Assembly (NCBI GenBank): GCA_038087875.1
Contig: CM075988.1
Coordinates: 8,372,001 to 8,436,000 of the forward strand
Direction: 5' to 3'
Length of the DNA: 64,000 bases
From: Malacoraja senta
Lineage: Eukaryota
Part shown: positions 25,200-38,154 of the stretch, one piece after another
Layout of the letters: each line of letters starts with the position of its first letter
Numbering within the stretch: the stretch's first letter is position 1
Notes under the pieces: generated by a model
Database searches by the model: none
What the model was told of the DNA's origin: nothing
The model's input: only the letters and a program-made list of their open reading frames with translations
Position numbers and translations under genes: made by a program

Positions 25200-25736
25200 G
25201 TCAAGGAGCACTCTCTCGAACTTCTACAGGTGCACAGTAGAGTGCGTGCTGACCGGTTGCATCGTGGCTTGGTTCGGCAACTTGAGTGTCCCGGAGCGGA
25301 AAAGGCTGCAAAAAGTTGTAAACACTGCCCAGTCTATCATCGGCTCTGACCTCCCTACCATCGAGGGGATCTATCGCAGTCGCTGCCTCAAAAGGGCTGC
25401 CAACATCATCAAGGTCCCACACCATCCTGGCCACACACTCATCTCTCCGCTGCCTTCAGGTAGAAGGTACAGGAGCCTGAAATCTGCAACATCCAGGTTC
25501 AGGAACAGCTACTTCCCCACAGCCATCAGACTATTAAACACAACTTCAAACAAACTCTGAACTATAACAGTCTATTGCATTTTATCTGTTTATTTATGTG
25601 TGTGTATATATATTCTATGGTATATGGACACACTGATCTGATCTGTATTTATGCCTACAATACTCTGTTGAGCTGCAGCAAGCAAGAATTTCGTTGTCCT
25701 ATTGGGACACATGACAATAAACTCTCTTGACTTGAC
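25200..25736 (+). mobile_element. Rex1/Babar LINE 3' end (second family)
   Basis: LTGCIVAWFGN...LPSGRRYRSL...RFRNSYFPTAIRLLN; cttgacttga tail. Confidence 0.9.
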
Positions 25737-26259
25737 GACTAACAGCTCTCTTCTCACCATGAGGGACACAAATGGTACTTCCCAGTTAAGCAACAATTCA
25801 TTTGCACATTGCAACTAATGGATTTGCATTAAGCGGTCTTCATGTAGTTTCCTCTACAATGAAGAAACCAAATGTAGAATGGCTGATCACTTTACAGAAT
25901 AATTCCATTCACCCTGTAAAGATTTTCTGGAATTTCCTTTTGGCTGCCATTTCAATTTTACATCCTCTTCCATTCTGACCACAGTCTTTGGTCTCCTCCA
26001 TTTTCACAATGAACCACAAAGTAAGTATGAGGAACAGCACCTCAACTTAATCCTAGGCATGCTGTAGCCCTCAGTATTTAATACTGAATTCAAGAACATC
26101 AGATAACCAGCCTATCCTGTTGATGTTGGGACTGCCCTGTTCTGATGTAAGGTCATCTATCTGTAAAATTACTGTAGCTCACTTCATTTTTCCACAGATG
26201 CTACCTGGCCTGCTGAGTACTTCCAGTATTCCCTTTTATTTCAGCTTTCCACAAACTGG

Positions 26260-26575
26260 AGGGTGGCACAGTGGCACAGGGATAGAGTTGCTGCCTCACA
26301 GCGCCAGAGACATGGGTTTGATCCTGACTATGGGTGCTGTCTGTATGAAGATTTACATTCTCCCTGTGACAGGATAGGATTTCTTCGGGATGCTCTGGTT
26401 ACCTCCCACATTCCAACGACATATAGGTTAATTGGCTTCTGTAAATTGCCTCTAGTGCGTAGAATGGGAAAATGGGATAACAAATAACTAGTGTACAGGT
26501 CATCGTTGATTGCCACAGACTCAATTGGCTTAAGGGCCTGTTTCCACACTGAGATCTTAGAGATAAACTAAACTG
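26260..26575 (+). mobile_element. V-SINE, full length
   Basis: Head, V-domain, tail. Confidence 0.88.
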
Positions 26576-26744
26576 TGCATTCTGCATATCACGTTCCAGC
26601 TTTGTCTTTTTCCTCTCTCTACTGTCCACATGCATCTTCCTTTATTTACCCACACCAGTGCCCTGTTCTACTCACTCTATACCTATTTCTGTGTAGCCAG
26701 ACACAGTTCTAACACCGTCTTTAAATTTGCCGACATTACTGCCA

Positions 26745-27090
26745 TTGTTGGTCGAGTTGCCAGAGGAGGTAGTTGAGCCAGGCACTATAACAATATTTAA
26801 AAGACATTTGAACAGACGCATGACAATAGACAATAGTCAATAGGTGCAGGAGTAGGCCATTCGGCCCTTCGAGCCAGCACCGCCATTCAATGTGATCATG
26901 GCTGATCATCCACAATCAGTACCCCTCTCCTGCCTTCTCTCCATATCCCTTAGCTCCGCTATCCCTAAGAGCTCTATCTAACTCTCTTTTGGATTGGACC
27001 AAACGCGGGGACTAATGTAGATGGTGCATCTTAGTCGACATGGGCAAATTTGGCTGCACGGCCTGTTTCCATGCTGTTTGACTCTATGAC
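26745..27090 (+). mobile_element. CR1 3' end with an antisense CR1 3' end (26822-26990) nested inside
   Basis: ttgccagaggaggtagttgag...aaagacatttg; caatagacaatag tail on the opposite strand; gcctgtttccatgctgtttgactctatgact end. Confidence 0.8.
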
Positions 27091-28139
27091 TCTTTTGCCA
27101 TCATTAAACCTGTTACTTTGACTCCTTCTTGTTATCGGAGCTAGGAATCTCTCATTAGAAATGAACAAAGACAAAACAAACACGATTTTAGTTTGTTTGG
27201 CAATATGCCAATGGACAGTTTGCCATGATATACGGGTTTGGACACGCACATTTGAACCCCACTGTATTCCGGATTTTCAATCTAAGATGCACATGTGAAG
27301 AATGGGGAAACCTGAGGTCATGGATATATTCTCAATGGAGTGAAATTATTTTTCACAGTTTCAGTGTAGATTCCAAGTCCGCCTCAACAATAGTATTGCA
27401 CTGAGGTTACATCAATCTCATTAAAACTGTAAGACTAAGGAGTCGATTGATTGCTGTCTTCCCCCTTGCATCACTGGTCAATCGATCGTGAATACAGGCC
27501 TGCAGTCAGTCAATCAAATCAGACCAGCACTCTCGACAGGCCTGGCGTAATCAAGCTCAAATTTCATTTCAGAGTTGGCTGAGTTCATGGTTGCAGTCTC
27601 TAACAGATTTCACTGGCGTGTGCATGAGTCGGAAGCTCCTGCTACGGAGATATTTTGATTGTACGACTGTGCCAGTTTCACAATGCAAGGGATGGTTTTA
27701 GTCGCTTGGGATCTGCAGAGTGGCATCTCTCCAAGTGGAACTACGCATCTGATCAATGTAAAATCACAAAGCCTTGATGATTTGTGCGGCAGCTGCTGCC
27801 AGTGTCTGACATTCTCTTGTTAACAGCTTGTGGCTTTTCTACAAACATATATAATCATATAATAATAATAGTCTCACTCAGCAAACTCACTCTGGAGCAC
27901 ACCCAACTGTTTAAAATCGCTCAAGATCGAGAAAGAAGAAAGGCCATCAAGTGTAGAGCCTCAATATGCCCTGTTGCCTTTTACAAACCATAAATCATCA
28001 TATTGTGTATTTGTGGCTGTTGTGTCAGTAAACATAGTGGGGAACACCTCGCAGCAAGTCCTACAAATAGCAAATGATGTACATGAACAATTAATCTGTT
28101 GCCCTTCCCATGATATTGTTTAAGATGATAAAGGATGTG

Positions 28140-28370
28140 GATTAGGTGTGTGTACATATGTCTTCACAAAGGTGGCCAGATTGTATTGGTGAGTAGAGAA
28201 TGTGTTTGGTTGTATATGCATCTGTGTTTGCACGTGCATGTGCCCAAATGTCTGTGTGTGTGTGTCCATATCTGCATGTATGTGTGCACGTGTGTGCCTA
28301 TGTGCATGTGTGTGCCTATGTGCATGTGTGTGCACGCGCACCCTTGTGACTGTGTATGTGTTCATGTACT
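28140..28370. repeat. Degenerate (GT)/RY tract
   Basis: tgtgtgcatgtgtg repeats. Confidence 0.85.
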
Positions 28371-28519
28371 ACATCTCTGCGACAGACCCTAGTCTCTACT
28401 AACCTTGGACTTCCTTGAAGTTTGGACCAAGATCTCACTATGTTAACTCTGCATGTTAGGTGGCGTGCAACAGTATTAAAATAATTCATGCACAGTCATC
28501 TTCAACACCTCATAACTGG

Positions 28520-28840
28520 AATAGTTTAGAGATACAGCATGGGAGTAGACCCTTCAGCCCACCGAGGCCAAGCCGACAATCCATCACCGTTTATGCTAGC
28601 TCTATGTTATCCCATTTTTGCATCCACTCCCTACACAGGACAATTTACAAAGGGCCAATTAACCTACAAACTCGCACGTCTTTGGGATGTGGGGGGAAAC
28701 CAGAGCACCCAGAGAAAAAACCCATGCAATCACAAGTAGTTCAGGCAAACTCCACGCAGACAGCACCCGAGGTCAGGATCGAATCCGGTTCCTTGGCGCG
28801 ATGAGGCAGTGGGTCTACTAGGCATGTCATTGTGCCGCCA
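28520..28840 (-). mobile_element. V-SINE, full length
   Basis: Tail, V-domain, head. Confidence 0.85.
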
Positions 28841-29025
28841 CGAGAATAGGAGCAAGTCTGCCATGATCCAATGGCTTTGCCCTAGAGGAAGAAAAAAAAG
28901 GCGAAGACCACCGATAATTGAGCAAGTAAACTCTCTATTTCTCTCGTACTGCCACGAATCTTCAAGCATGCAAGTAAGGCAACAGATTCTTGCATTCTTA
29001 TTGTTCCGTTACAAGAGCAATGTAC

Positions 29026-30179
29026 CAGCTGGCTCCGTTCCTACATTTCCAACCGAACCCACTTCATCTCTCTCCATAACCACACCTCTGCCACAGCCAC
29101 TGTCACTCAAGGCGTTCCCCAAGGCTCCGTTCTTGGTCCCCTCCTCTTCATCATCTACATCCTCCCCCTTGGTCATATACTCCGTCACTTCAACCTGGAC
29201 TTCCACTGCTATGCTGATGACACCCAGATCTATCTCAGCACCAAGTCCCCCCACCACCCACCTCTCTCCCATATCAACTCCTGCCTATCAGCCATCAAAT
29301 CTTGGATGCAACTCAACTTCCTTAAATTAAACAGTAGCAAAACAGAATATCTCCTCATTGGCTCCAAATCAACACTCACTAAAATTAACAACCCCACTCT
29401 CACTATTGACGGCACCACTGTCTCCCCATCTCCTCACGCACGCAACCTTGGCGTGATCTTTGACTCAACCCTCTCCCTTGAGCCTCACATCCGCCATGTT
29501 GTCAAAACATCATTTTTTCACCTCCGCAACATTGCCAAAATCAGATCCTCTCTCACACCCCCCGCTGCTGAAAGACTCATCCATGCCTTCATCTCCTCCC
29601 GACTGGACTACTGTCTCTTCTCTTTGGAATCAATTCCAGCAGCATCAACCGACTCCAACTGGTCCAGAATGCAGCCGCTCGACTCATTACCCACACCAAA
29701 TCCTGGCACCACATCACCCCAGTTCTCAAAGAACTTCACTGGCTTCCCATTTCCCACCGGATCACCTACAAAATCCTGGTCCTCACCTACAAAGCCCTCA
29801 ACAACCTGGCCCCCCCTTATCTCATTGACCTCCTCTCCCCCTACCAACCCTCACGGTCCCTCAGATCCACATCAGCTGGTCTCCTCTCCACTCCGAAATC
29901 AAACCTCTGCACTTTTGGAGGCAGAGCCTTCTCCAGGGCAGCTCCCAGGCTCTGGAATTCCCTCCCACAACCGGTCCGAAATTCTGAGTCCCTCACCATC
30001 TTCCAGTCCCGCCTCAAGACCCATCTCTTCACCTCTGCATACCCTTAGTCCCATGTTCCCCTCCCCTTTGCATCTCTGTCTTAATCTCTATTTTGTTTTT
30101 TTATTCCTGACTCTCAATGTAAAGCAACTTTGAGTCCTGAAAAGCGCTATATAAATAAAATCTATTATTATTATTATTA
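29026..30179 (+). mobile_element. L2 LINE 3' portion (RT C-terminal half), one frameshift
   Basis: QGVPQGSVLGPLLFIIY...FHCYADDTQIY in frame with ORF 29306 (LKLNSSKTE...RNLGVIFDS...HAFISSRLDYC); frameshift ~29613; tail aagcgctatataaataaaatc(tat)n. Confidence 0.95.
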
Positions 30180-30794
30180 GTGCCTTTGTGCTAGATTTTA
30201 CTTCACCCCATCAATACAGCACTGCCTTGGTCACTGACTTACATTTAAGTAAAACAAACTACGAATGTATGAGGCATAAATTGGCAATGGTAGTGTGGGA
30301 AACTACATAACCTATTATGATAAGAAATGGGACATTACTAATATTTTAAAAATATTTTTTTTATTTTAAAATTAATGCATAACAGCGACCAGGTGGCGTT
30401 GTGTGACTGTAGCAAACAAGATAGATTAAAGGCAGGATTAGATCTTCCTCTGGCTTCACATAGATACAGTGTATCTATACACTGTAAATGACTCGATTGT
30501 AATTGCCTTGCCACACGCAAACAAAAGCTTTTCACTACACCCTGGTACACGTGACAATAAATTAAACAAAACTAAACTGAGCTAAATTAGATCAAAAGAG
30601 AAGCTTAAAATATTGCCAAATAGACCAGTGAGTATGGCTTGGCTTGGGAAAATGTTCACAACTCAGCAAAGAAGCACCATCGTTGAGGAAGCAAAGTAAC
30701 CGATGGGAGCAATCAAACGGGAAACGTAAAAACTTATAAATGCACCAGATCGCGAGCTCTCTACGGCCTACCTGTGAAGGGGGGGGGGGGGGGG

Positions 30795-31326
30795 GGTTGA
30801 TAAGCAGATGGTTGGACAAAGGCCAGAGATGAGAAGACAAAAAGTGAGAGATAAGGAGAGAAGAGTTGCTGCCTTACAGTGAATGCAGCGCCGGAGACCC
30901 GGGTTCGATCCCAACTACGGGTGCTGTCTGTAGGGAGTTTGTACGTTCTCCCCGTGACCTGTGTGGATGTTCTCCGGGATCTTCGGTTTCCTCCCACACA
31001 CCAAAGACGTACAGGTTTGTAAGTTAATTGGCTTGGTAAATGTAAAAAATGTCCCTCGTGGGTGTAGGATGGTGCTAATGCGCGGGGATCGCTGGTCGGC
31101 GCGGATCCAGAGGGCCGAAGGGTCTGTTTCCGTCTCTAAACTAAAAAACTGTAAAAGAGATATGAATTGTGAAGTTAGAGGAATGAATATAGGTGGAAGG
31201 AGAGCGGAAAGGGAAAAATAGGTGCGAGTCCAGGTGGATCACAGGGAAGAAAGGGAGGGAGGAAGGGGGGGGGGGGGAGAAGGTGGGGGTGGTGGAGTTG
31301 TAGGTAGGTATGTTATCCAAAATTGG
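30795..31326 (-). mobile_element. PLE 3' UTR remnant interrupted by a V-SINE (30860-31150, +)
   Basis: Purine-rich stretch (ggacaaaggccagagatg...ttatccaaaattgg) typical of the antisense PLE UTR; SINE with cagtgaatgcagcgcc head variant. Confidence 0.6.
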
Positions 31327-31576
31327 TTGGTTAAATCTGTAGGTTAGCTAGCTAAATGTTACGTAAGTACCTCTTGGTTCAGCATATTCCTCACTCTACC
31401 ATTACCATCAAGACAGGGAATCAACACTGGAGTGCAGGAACACATGGTAGGAGCAGCAGCAGACACGCCTACATATGTGGAGGTGCCAGTGAGGTGACGA
31501 AAGCTTTTCACTGTACCTCGGTACACATGACAATAAACTAAACTAAACAAAACAAAATTAAACCAAACTAAACTAG

Positions 31577-31900
31577 GGTGGCACAGTGACGCAGTGGTAT
31601 TGTTGCCGTACAGCGCCAGAGACCCGGGTTCGATCCTGACAATGGGCGCTGTGTGTACAGAGTATGTACATTCTCCCCGTGACTGCGTGGGTTTTCCATG
31701 GGTACTCCATTATCCTCCCACACTCCGAAGACGTACAGATGTGTACGTTAATTGGTCTAGGTAAAGATTGTAAATTGTCCCTAGTGTGTCGGATAGTGCT
31801 AGTGTAATGGGAATCGCTGGTTGTCGCGGACACGGCGGGCCGATTGGCCTGTATCCATGCTAAACTAAATTAATCTAAATTATACTAAACTAAACTAAAC
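31577..31900 (+). mobile_element. V-SINE, full length, abutting a Rex1/Babar tail (31500-31576)
   Basis: Head gggtggcacagtgacgcag; (ctaaa)n tail. Confidence 0.9.
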
Positions 31901-31939
31901 TCTCCAGTGAAAGCTGCACAACAGGACTACACGGAGAAA

Positions 31940-32115
31940 CAAGCAATTACAGACGCTGGTTTACCAAGGAAAGACACAAAATGTTGGAGTAACCCAGCGG
32001 GTCAGGCAACATCCCCGAGGAACACAGTCCTTCTTTGCTTCAGTAAGAAGGGTCCCGACCTGAAATGTCACCCGGACATTTTCTCCAGAGAGTTATTCCA
32101 GCATTTTGTGTCGTT
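31940..32115. mobile_element. PLE fold-back element, decayed
   Basis: Inverted arms; caacaggactacacg / cagcaggattacatg flanking repeat. Confidence 0.75.
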
Positions 32116-32199
32116 CCAGCAGGATTACATGCCTGTTAGACAGCAAACGCAGCATGCTGTAAAAAGAGCAAAATAATTGTACAATCGACAAATCACATC

Positions 32200-32980
32200 A
32201 ATACTTTGCAAGTTGTGAATGGTAGTGGGAAGTTAAACAGCTAACTAGAGGAGCAGGCAACAAAAATGTCCTCATCCACAACTATGACAGGGGCAACATG
32301 TGAATGCTGAATAAAAGGCTGAATCGTTCACATGTGTGTTCAGCCAAAAGTGGTGAAAGCCTCTCAGCTTCCAAATGAGATTCTATCATCACAGCAGCCA
32401 ATTTTCAGCTTATTCAATTCACTCCACCCGATATCAAGAAACAGCTGGCAGCAATACATGCAACAAAGGCTAAGCATTCCAGCTGTAGCACTGAAGACCT
32501 GTGGTCCAGAACTAGCTGTGCCTCTGACTAAGCTGCTTCAGTACAGTTACAGGACTGGCATCTACCTGAACATGTGGGTCTGAAGAAGGGTTTCAACCCA
32601 AAACGTCACCTATTTCTTTTCTCCAGAGATGCTGCCTGACCAGCTGAGCTACTCCAGCATTTTGTGTCTTTCTTTGGTTTAAACCAGCATCTGCAGTTCC
32701 TTCCTACACAATGTGGGAAATTCTCCTGATACGTTGTGTTCATATAAAACAGGACATAAAACAAACCAAACAAAACCCAATCAGTTGAAGCAAAATGATG
32801 GAAATTGTCATTGGCAGTTCCAGTAAGTTGGATGTACCCACCAATAACTGACATACCAATCTTCACTTTGTGTTTTGCCAGGACCACTAGGCTCCAGACT
32901 TCATGGCAGCCTTTGTCTAAGCATGGACGCAAGAATTCTGGAGCTGACATGAGAATGCCGCCCCTTAGAATCAAAGCTGC
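32200..32980 (+). mobile_element. Decayed non-LTR retrotransposon RT N-terminal fragment (CR1/L2 group)
   Basis: SIPAVALKTCGPELAVPLTKLLQYSYRTGIY in ORF 32332. Confidence 0.65.
32579..32710 (+). mobile_element. PLE 3'-end monomer with 7-bp TSD
   Basis: ctgaagaagggtttcaacccaaaacgtcacc...gttccttcctacac; atgtggg at 32572-32578 and 32711-32717. Confidence 0.85.
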
Positions 32981-32989
32981 AAGTTACAG

Positions 32990-33320
32990 TCATAGAATCA
33001 TAGAGTGATACAGCGCGGAAACAGGCCCTTGGCCACACCTGCCCACACCGGCCAACATGTCCCAGCTACATTAGTCCCACCTGTATGTGTTTGGCCCATA
33101 TCCCTCAAAACCTGTCCTATCCATGTACCTGTTTCTTAAACTGTGCGATAGTCCCTGCCTCAACTACCGCCTTTGGCAGCTCATTCCAGACACCCACCAC
33201 CCTTATGTGTGAAAAAGTTACCCTTCAGATTCCTATTGAATCTCTCCTCCTTCACCTTAAACCTATGTCCTCTGGTCCTCGATTATCCTACTCTGGGCAT
33301 CTACCTGATCTATTCCTCTC
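32990..33320 (-). mobile_element. CR1 3' end
   Basis: catagaatcatagag tail, ggaaacaggccc, ccctgcctcaactacc. Confidence 0.85.
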
Positions 33321-33529
33321 ACAGAGTTACGGAGCATTACGGCATATCCCTCCCTCTGCCAATACATTTCACTCCTCTTTCAAACCTCTTCACACCTTAT
33401 CAACACCCTTTGTCTCCTTGTCTCTCTTCTCTCTCTTGTACTGCCCTTTTATCATCCTTTTGTGTCTCTTTCATATCTCCAGTCTTTGTCCATCTATTAA
33501 CTGTTAGGCTTTGTCCTGTCCCCACCTTT

Positions 33530-33830
33530 AAACTTTAGACTTTAGAAATGCAGCGCAGAAATTTCAGCCCACGAGTCCACGCCGACCAGCCGAGCCGACC
33601 TTGTACACTACCACTCACCTACACACGAGCTACAATTTACAATTTTATCTAAGCCAATTAACCTCAAAACCTGCACATTTTTGGAGTGTGGGAGGAAACC
33701 GGAGCACCCGGAGAAAACCAACATGGTTACAGACGTTCAAACTCCGTACAGCCAGCACCCATAGTCAGGATCAAACCCGGGTCTCTGGTGCTGGAAGGCA
33801 GCACCTCCACTTCTGCGTCACTATGCTGGC
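33530..33830 (-). mobile_element. V-SINE
   Basis: V-domain and head. Confidence 0.85.
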
Positions 33831-33863
33831 CTGATTTCCAGCTTAACAACATCCTTCCCCTGG

Positions 33864-33962
33864 CGAAGATAGACACAAAATGCTCAAGTAACTCAGTGGG
33901 GCAGGCAGCATCTGTGGAGAGAGGGAATAGTTGATGTTTTGGGTCGAGACCCTTCTTCAGCT
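33864..33962 (-). mobile_element. PLE 3'-end copy
   Basis: gatgttttgggtcgagacccttcttcag. Confidence 0.8.
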
Positions 33963-34523
33963 CCGACTACTTCCACAAGAAGGACTGTAATATTCAAGAA
34001 GGCAGCACACCTTCACCTTCTCAAGGGCAAAAAGGGATGGATAATAAATGCCATCGTTACCGGCAACAGCCAGATTCTGAAACTGAATATAAGGAAAGGA
34101 CCAAATTTAGCTGAATGTATCACTGGCTGACGCAAGAAATTATTTTTTTTCTGATATGTAGCACCTCCAACCAGAATCCGCAGATATTCCTGCCTGCCTC
34201 ATTTAGGCTTTAATCATCTTCCCTTTGACTGAGAATTTTTATTGCGAGATAATATTCAAGGCAATAATAAAATCTAATTCAATATTCCTGTCTCTTCTCC
34301 ATACATTTAAAAAATTATATTATGCAAGCAACTAATGGCATTTTGAATCAATTCATAAAATCTGTCAATAATGCCACTGGGAGACTCATTTATTTCTCAA
34401 CTTTCTTAATATTAATCAATATTCTTCATAACTTTGAAAACGTAGCTAGTGCCACAGAGTCTTCTTTTACAACAAAAATACCTCCATCGTTGCTGAGAAT
34501 TTAAAAGGCTCAGAATTTAAAAT

Positions 34524-34845
34524 GGGTGGCTCAGTGGCGCAGCAGGAGAGATGCTGCCTTACAGCGCCAGAGAACCAGGTTCGATCCTGACTATGGGAGC
34601 TGTCTTAATGGAGTTTGTACATTCTCCCAGAGATGCGATTGGGTTTTCTCTGGGTGCTCCGGCTTCCCCCCACCCTCCAAAGACGAACAGGTTTGTAGGT
34701 TAATTGGCTTTGGTAAAGATTGTAAATTGTCCCCAGTGTGTAAGAAAGTGTTAGTATTTGGGATAATCATGGTCGGTGCGGACTTGGTGGGCTGAAGGAC
34801 ATGTTCCAGCACTGAATCTCTAAACAAATCTAAAACTAAACTAAA
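34524..34845 (+). mobile_element. V-SINE, full length
   Basis: Head, V-domain, tail. Confidence 0.88.
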
Positions 34846-35307
34846 GAATAGAATAAGCTTCCCATATGGGATATGATATGACAAAATTAATCCAAGATTC
34901 AAATCTTTAATGCCTCAAGTCTCTCAGTTCAGCCGGACCAAGATGACATCAAGAGTTAAACAATCTTCTCAATCCAAACAAACCTGCAGATGTTGGAGAT
35001 CTGAAATAAAAACGGGAAATCCTGGAAACACTCAGCAGGTCGGGCAGTATCTGTGGAAAGAGAACCGGGTTGAAGTTTCTTGTCTGAAGCCTTGTGGTAG
35101 AACTGGGAGAGAGAAAACTGGTTAGCTTTCAGTTGTAGAGAAAGGTGGGATGAGATGGATGAAACTAAGGGAATATCTATGTTGAACGATTTGTTAATAT
35201 GGCAGTTCCAAGCAGCTTCTGCTTCTTTGTCTGTTTTAGGTGCTATTCATAGTGGGACTGTGAGACATACACAACAGACCATCAGTAGCTTACCCATGCA
35301 ATCTAAT

Positions 35308-35650
35308 GGGCGGCACAGTGGCGCAGCAGTAGAGTTGCTGCCTTACAGCACCATACACCCTGGTTCGATCCTGACTACGGGTGCTATCTGTACGGAGTTT
35401 GTACATTCTCCCTGTGACCACATGGGTTTTCACTGGGTGCTCCAGTTTCTTCCCACATTCCGAAGGCGTACAGGTTTGTAGGCTAATTGGCATCTGTATA
35501 TTGCCCCTTGTGTGTAGGATGTGAAACTGGGATAACATAGAACTAGTGTAAGGGTGACCAGCGTGGACTTGTTGGACCGATGGGCCTGTTTCCACACTAT
35601 ATCTCTAAACGAAATGAAATTAAACTTAACTAAACTAAACTAGACTAAAC
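35308..35650 (+). mobile_element. V-SINE, full length
   Basis: gggcggcacagtggcgcagcagtagagttgctgcc...ctaaactaaac. Confidence 0.9.
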
Positions 35651-35889
35651 CCTGACACTGATATGAGACCCAGCGCAAGCTTCAGAAACAATAACTTATT
35701 TCTCCAGGAACTTTGCAACCTTTGAGACACAACATCAAACTTTCCAACTCTAGGTAGCTTGCTATTTCTGTCTCTCCGTTCCAATATTGACCATAATCTA
35801 CCTTGAACTGCCACTGTTACCCACATGGACTCACCCTAGCAGTGATATTCCATTAATTCTACCCATCCCTCCCTTCCCCCTCCCACCCC

Positions 35890-36146
35890 CCCATCAGGCA
35901 ACTGTATCGACCTACCACAACCAGAGAGCAGTGCTGAACTACTATCTACCTATTCGGTGACCCTCGGACTATCCTTGATCGGACTTTGCTGGCTTTACCC
36001 TGCACCAAACGTTATTCCCTTAGCATGTATCCATACATTGTAAATGGCTCGATTGTAATCATGTATTGTCTTTCAGCTGACTGGATAACATGCAGCAAAA
36101 GCTTTTCACTGTACCTCGGTACATGTGACAATAAACTAAACTGAAA
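35890..36146 (+). mobile_element. Rex1/Babar LINE 3' UTR
   Basis: aaaagcttttcactgtacctcggtacatgtgacaataaactaaactg; antisense to 21826 and 23617 copies. Confidence 0.8.
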
Positions 36147-37099
36147 CATCTTCTCTGCTGCTGACAACTGACTCGCTCTTTCCAAGTTTTCATGCAATGT
36201 CTCAGACTTGAAACATTAACCCCGTTTCAATTTCCACACATGCTGCCTGACCTGCTGAGTGTTTCCAGCATTTGCAGCCCCTCTCGAAGGGAAGCCTCTA
36301 AGACATCGCTCCACCACTACAGCGGGCGCCTTGGTTTGCAATTCCCGTGACAACGCACAAGGCACTCAAGGGCAAATCTGGTCGGGTGGCACAAGGCCAA
36401 AGAGCATTCATTCAAATTAGAGCAGAAGTATTTGCAAATCCACTGTCTGCAAGGATTACCGTGGAGACACCGAAGTTTGAAAGATAGGTTTTTGAAAAGA
36501 AAATTATTAACATAGTTCCCCCCACAGGTGATGCTTGCTTCAACATCTGCACCAATCCTATTATGTGCAGGAAGTACATCTAATTTACTGTCTGAGCAGC
36601 GAGTCTTTGAGCCAAGCAGATGGTAAAATTTGAAATGGAAAATCACTGCACATCAAAGGCATGCTCACTGCTGAAGCTTCCAAACGGCGCAGAAATTGAA
36701 ATTTATTAAATTAATAGTGCTGGCCATAATGTATTCAATGTTTTGCATTTGAAAGACACCAAAGATAAAGGCAAATTTGTAGCGGCGTTTAGAGAATGAT
36801 AAACCCGGCACTCCGTGACCTACAATGGATGATGGTGCGTTCCAAGTTAATTATGGCTCCCGCAGTTGAGATAATATTTCACAGCTCTCCATGGAGTAGT
36901 TTGATGTGTTAGGCTGTGTGATTGTGATATTGAAGAGGTTACGTGGTGCCCTTGAATGTGGAGAGAATGCGCAATGGTGTCAGCGTGGTGTTTAAGGTGA
37001 CCTTGTGGTTGTCATCTCGGTGCTAGAGGTCTCAGGGGCCACAACATGGGGAATGTTGCCTCCTCACTCTGGCAGCAGCGCCGAGCTCCCCCTTCCACA

Positions 37100-37300
37100 A
37101 GCAGGTCGTGCCACTCCTGAGACGTAAACCAGGGAGTCCAAACTGACACATCACCACAGTGATGAGGAAATCATGTACTGTCAGGGGTGCCATCTTTTGG
37201 AGCAGTTGGGATATCATGGCCACCTCAGCTCCCTCAGATGAATGTCAAAGATCTCAAGCACTACTTTGATGACAAGCTCAGCATTTCTCCCTGTTGCTCA
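37100..37300 (+). mobile_element. Deu-domain SINE relic (SacSINE1/AmnSINE-related)
   Basis: ccactcctgagac...ctgacac...tactgtcaggggtgccatcttttgg...aaagatctcaagcactactttga resembles the Deu-domain consensus as I recall it. Confidence 0.6.
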
Positions 37301-37454
37301 CTTTGCTGAATACATCTGCTGAGTCTGCAAATATGGCCTGGAGCTTATCCTTTTATTTCACTGTCCCAATGCTCATGAGAAATGGAGAACGAAGAACAAA
37401 GCTGCCAAAGAAGTGGCTGAGGCAGGTAAAACAACAGCATTTGAAAGACTTATA

Positions 37455-37645
37455 ACAAGGAACTACAGATGCTGGTTTATACCGAAGATAGACACAAAAT
37501 GCTGGAGTAACCAGTGGGACAGGCAGCATATCTGGAGAAAATGGATGGGTGACGTTTCGGATTGGAAGAAGGAAGAAAGCGTCCCCCATCTGTTTTCTCC
37601 AGAGATGCTGCCTGACCCGCTGAGTTACTGCAGCACTTTGTGTTA
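37455..37645. mobile_element. PLE fold-back element
   Basis: Inverted arms; junction gtgacgtttcgg...gaaagcgtcccc. Confidence 0.85.
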
Positions 37646-38154
37646 ATCTTCAGCATTTGAAAGACATTTGGACAGGCATACAGAAAGGAAAGGTTTAGAG
37701 AGATGTGGGGCAAGTATGGGTAAATGGGACTAGTATTGATGGGCATCTTATTCAGCATGGGTGATTTGGGCTGAAGAATGTGTTTCCATACTGTATGATT
37801 CCAACTATAACAAGATCTCATCCTTAATTAGGCATATTACAACTATGCATTCAATGATTCCAGATCATAAGCCAATGTTCCCAAATTTTCAGTAGTCACC
37901 TTTGTACTATTGACAGTGACATTTGCTCTTCAAGAGCAATCTTTTGATTATTTGGTCATATATTACCACCTATTGCTTTGCATCATATAATTACCACCAC
38001 CTATTGCTTTGCAATACTGCAATCAATTGATCAGTCCTGCCTTCTGCCTTCCGACAGAATTTCCCATTTGATTTTTTCTCCTTTCCTGCCATTGTACGTA
38101 CAATTAATTATCTCCCTCAATTCTTCCTGTCCTGTTGAAAGTTCAATTCATAAA

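Larger units (their letters stand above)
24262..26245 (+). mobile_element. Ancient PLE (RT thumb, Zn-finger linker, GIY-YIG endonuclease, 3' end), split by two Rex1/Babar 3' ends
   Basis: Decayed pieces 24262-24604 (FFLNK...LQQDS), 25135-25195 (GTIPYN..STCPFT) and 25737-26110 (FLYNEETK..., EEQHL...NTEFKNIR*), then ctgatgtaaggtc hammerhead relic. Confidence 0.7.

Noticed and set aside
35308..35385. tRNA-like sequences with A/B boxes
   Set aside because: They are V-SINE heads followed by V-domain and LINE-derived tail, not tRNA genes.
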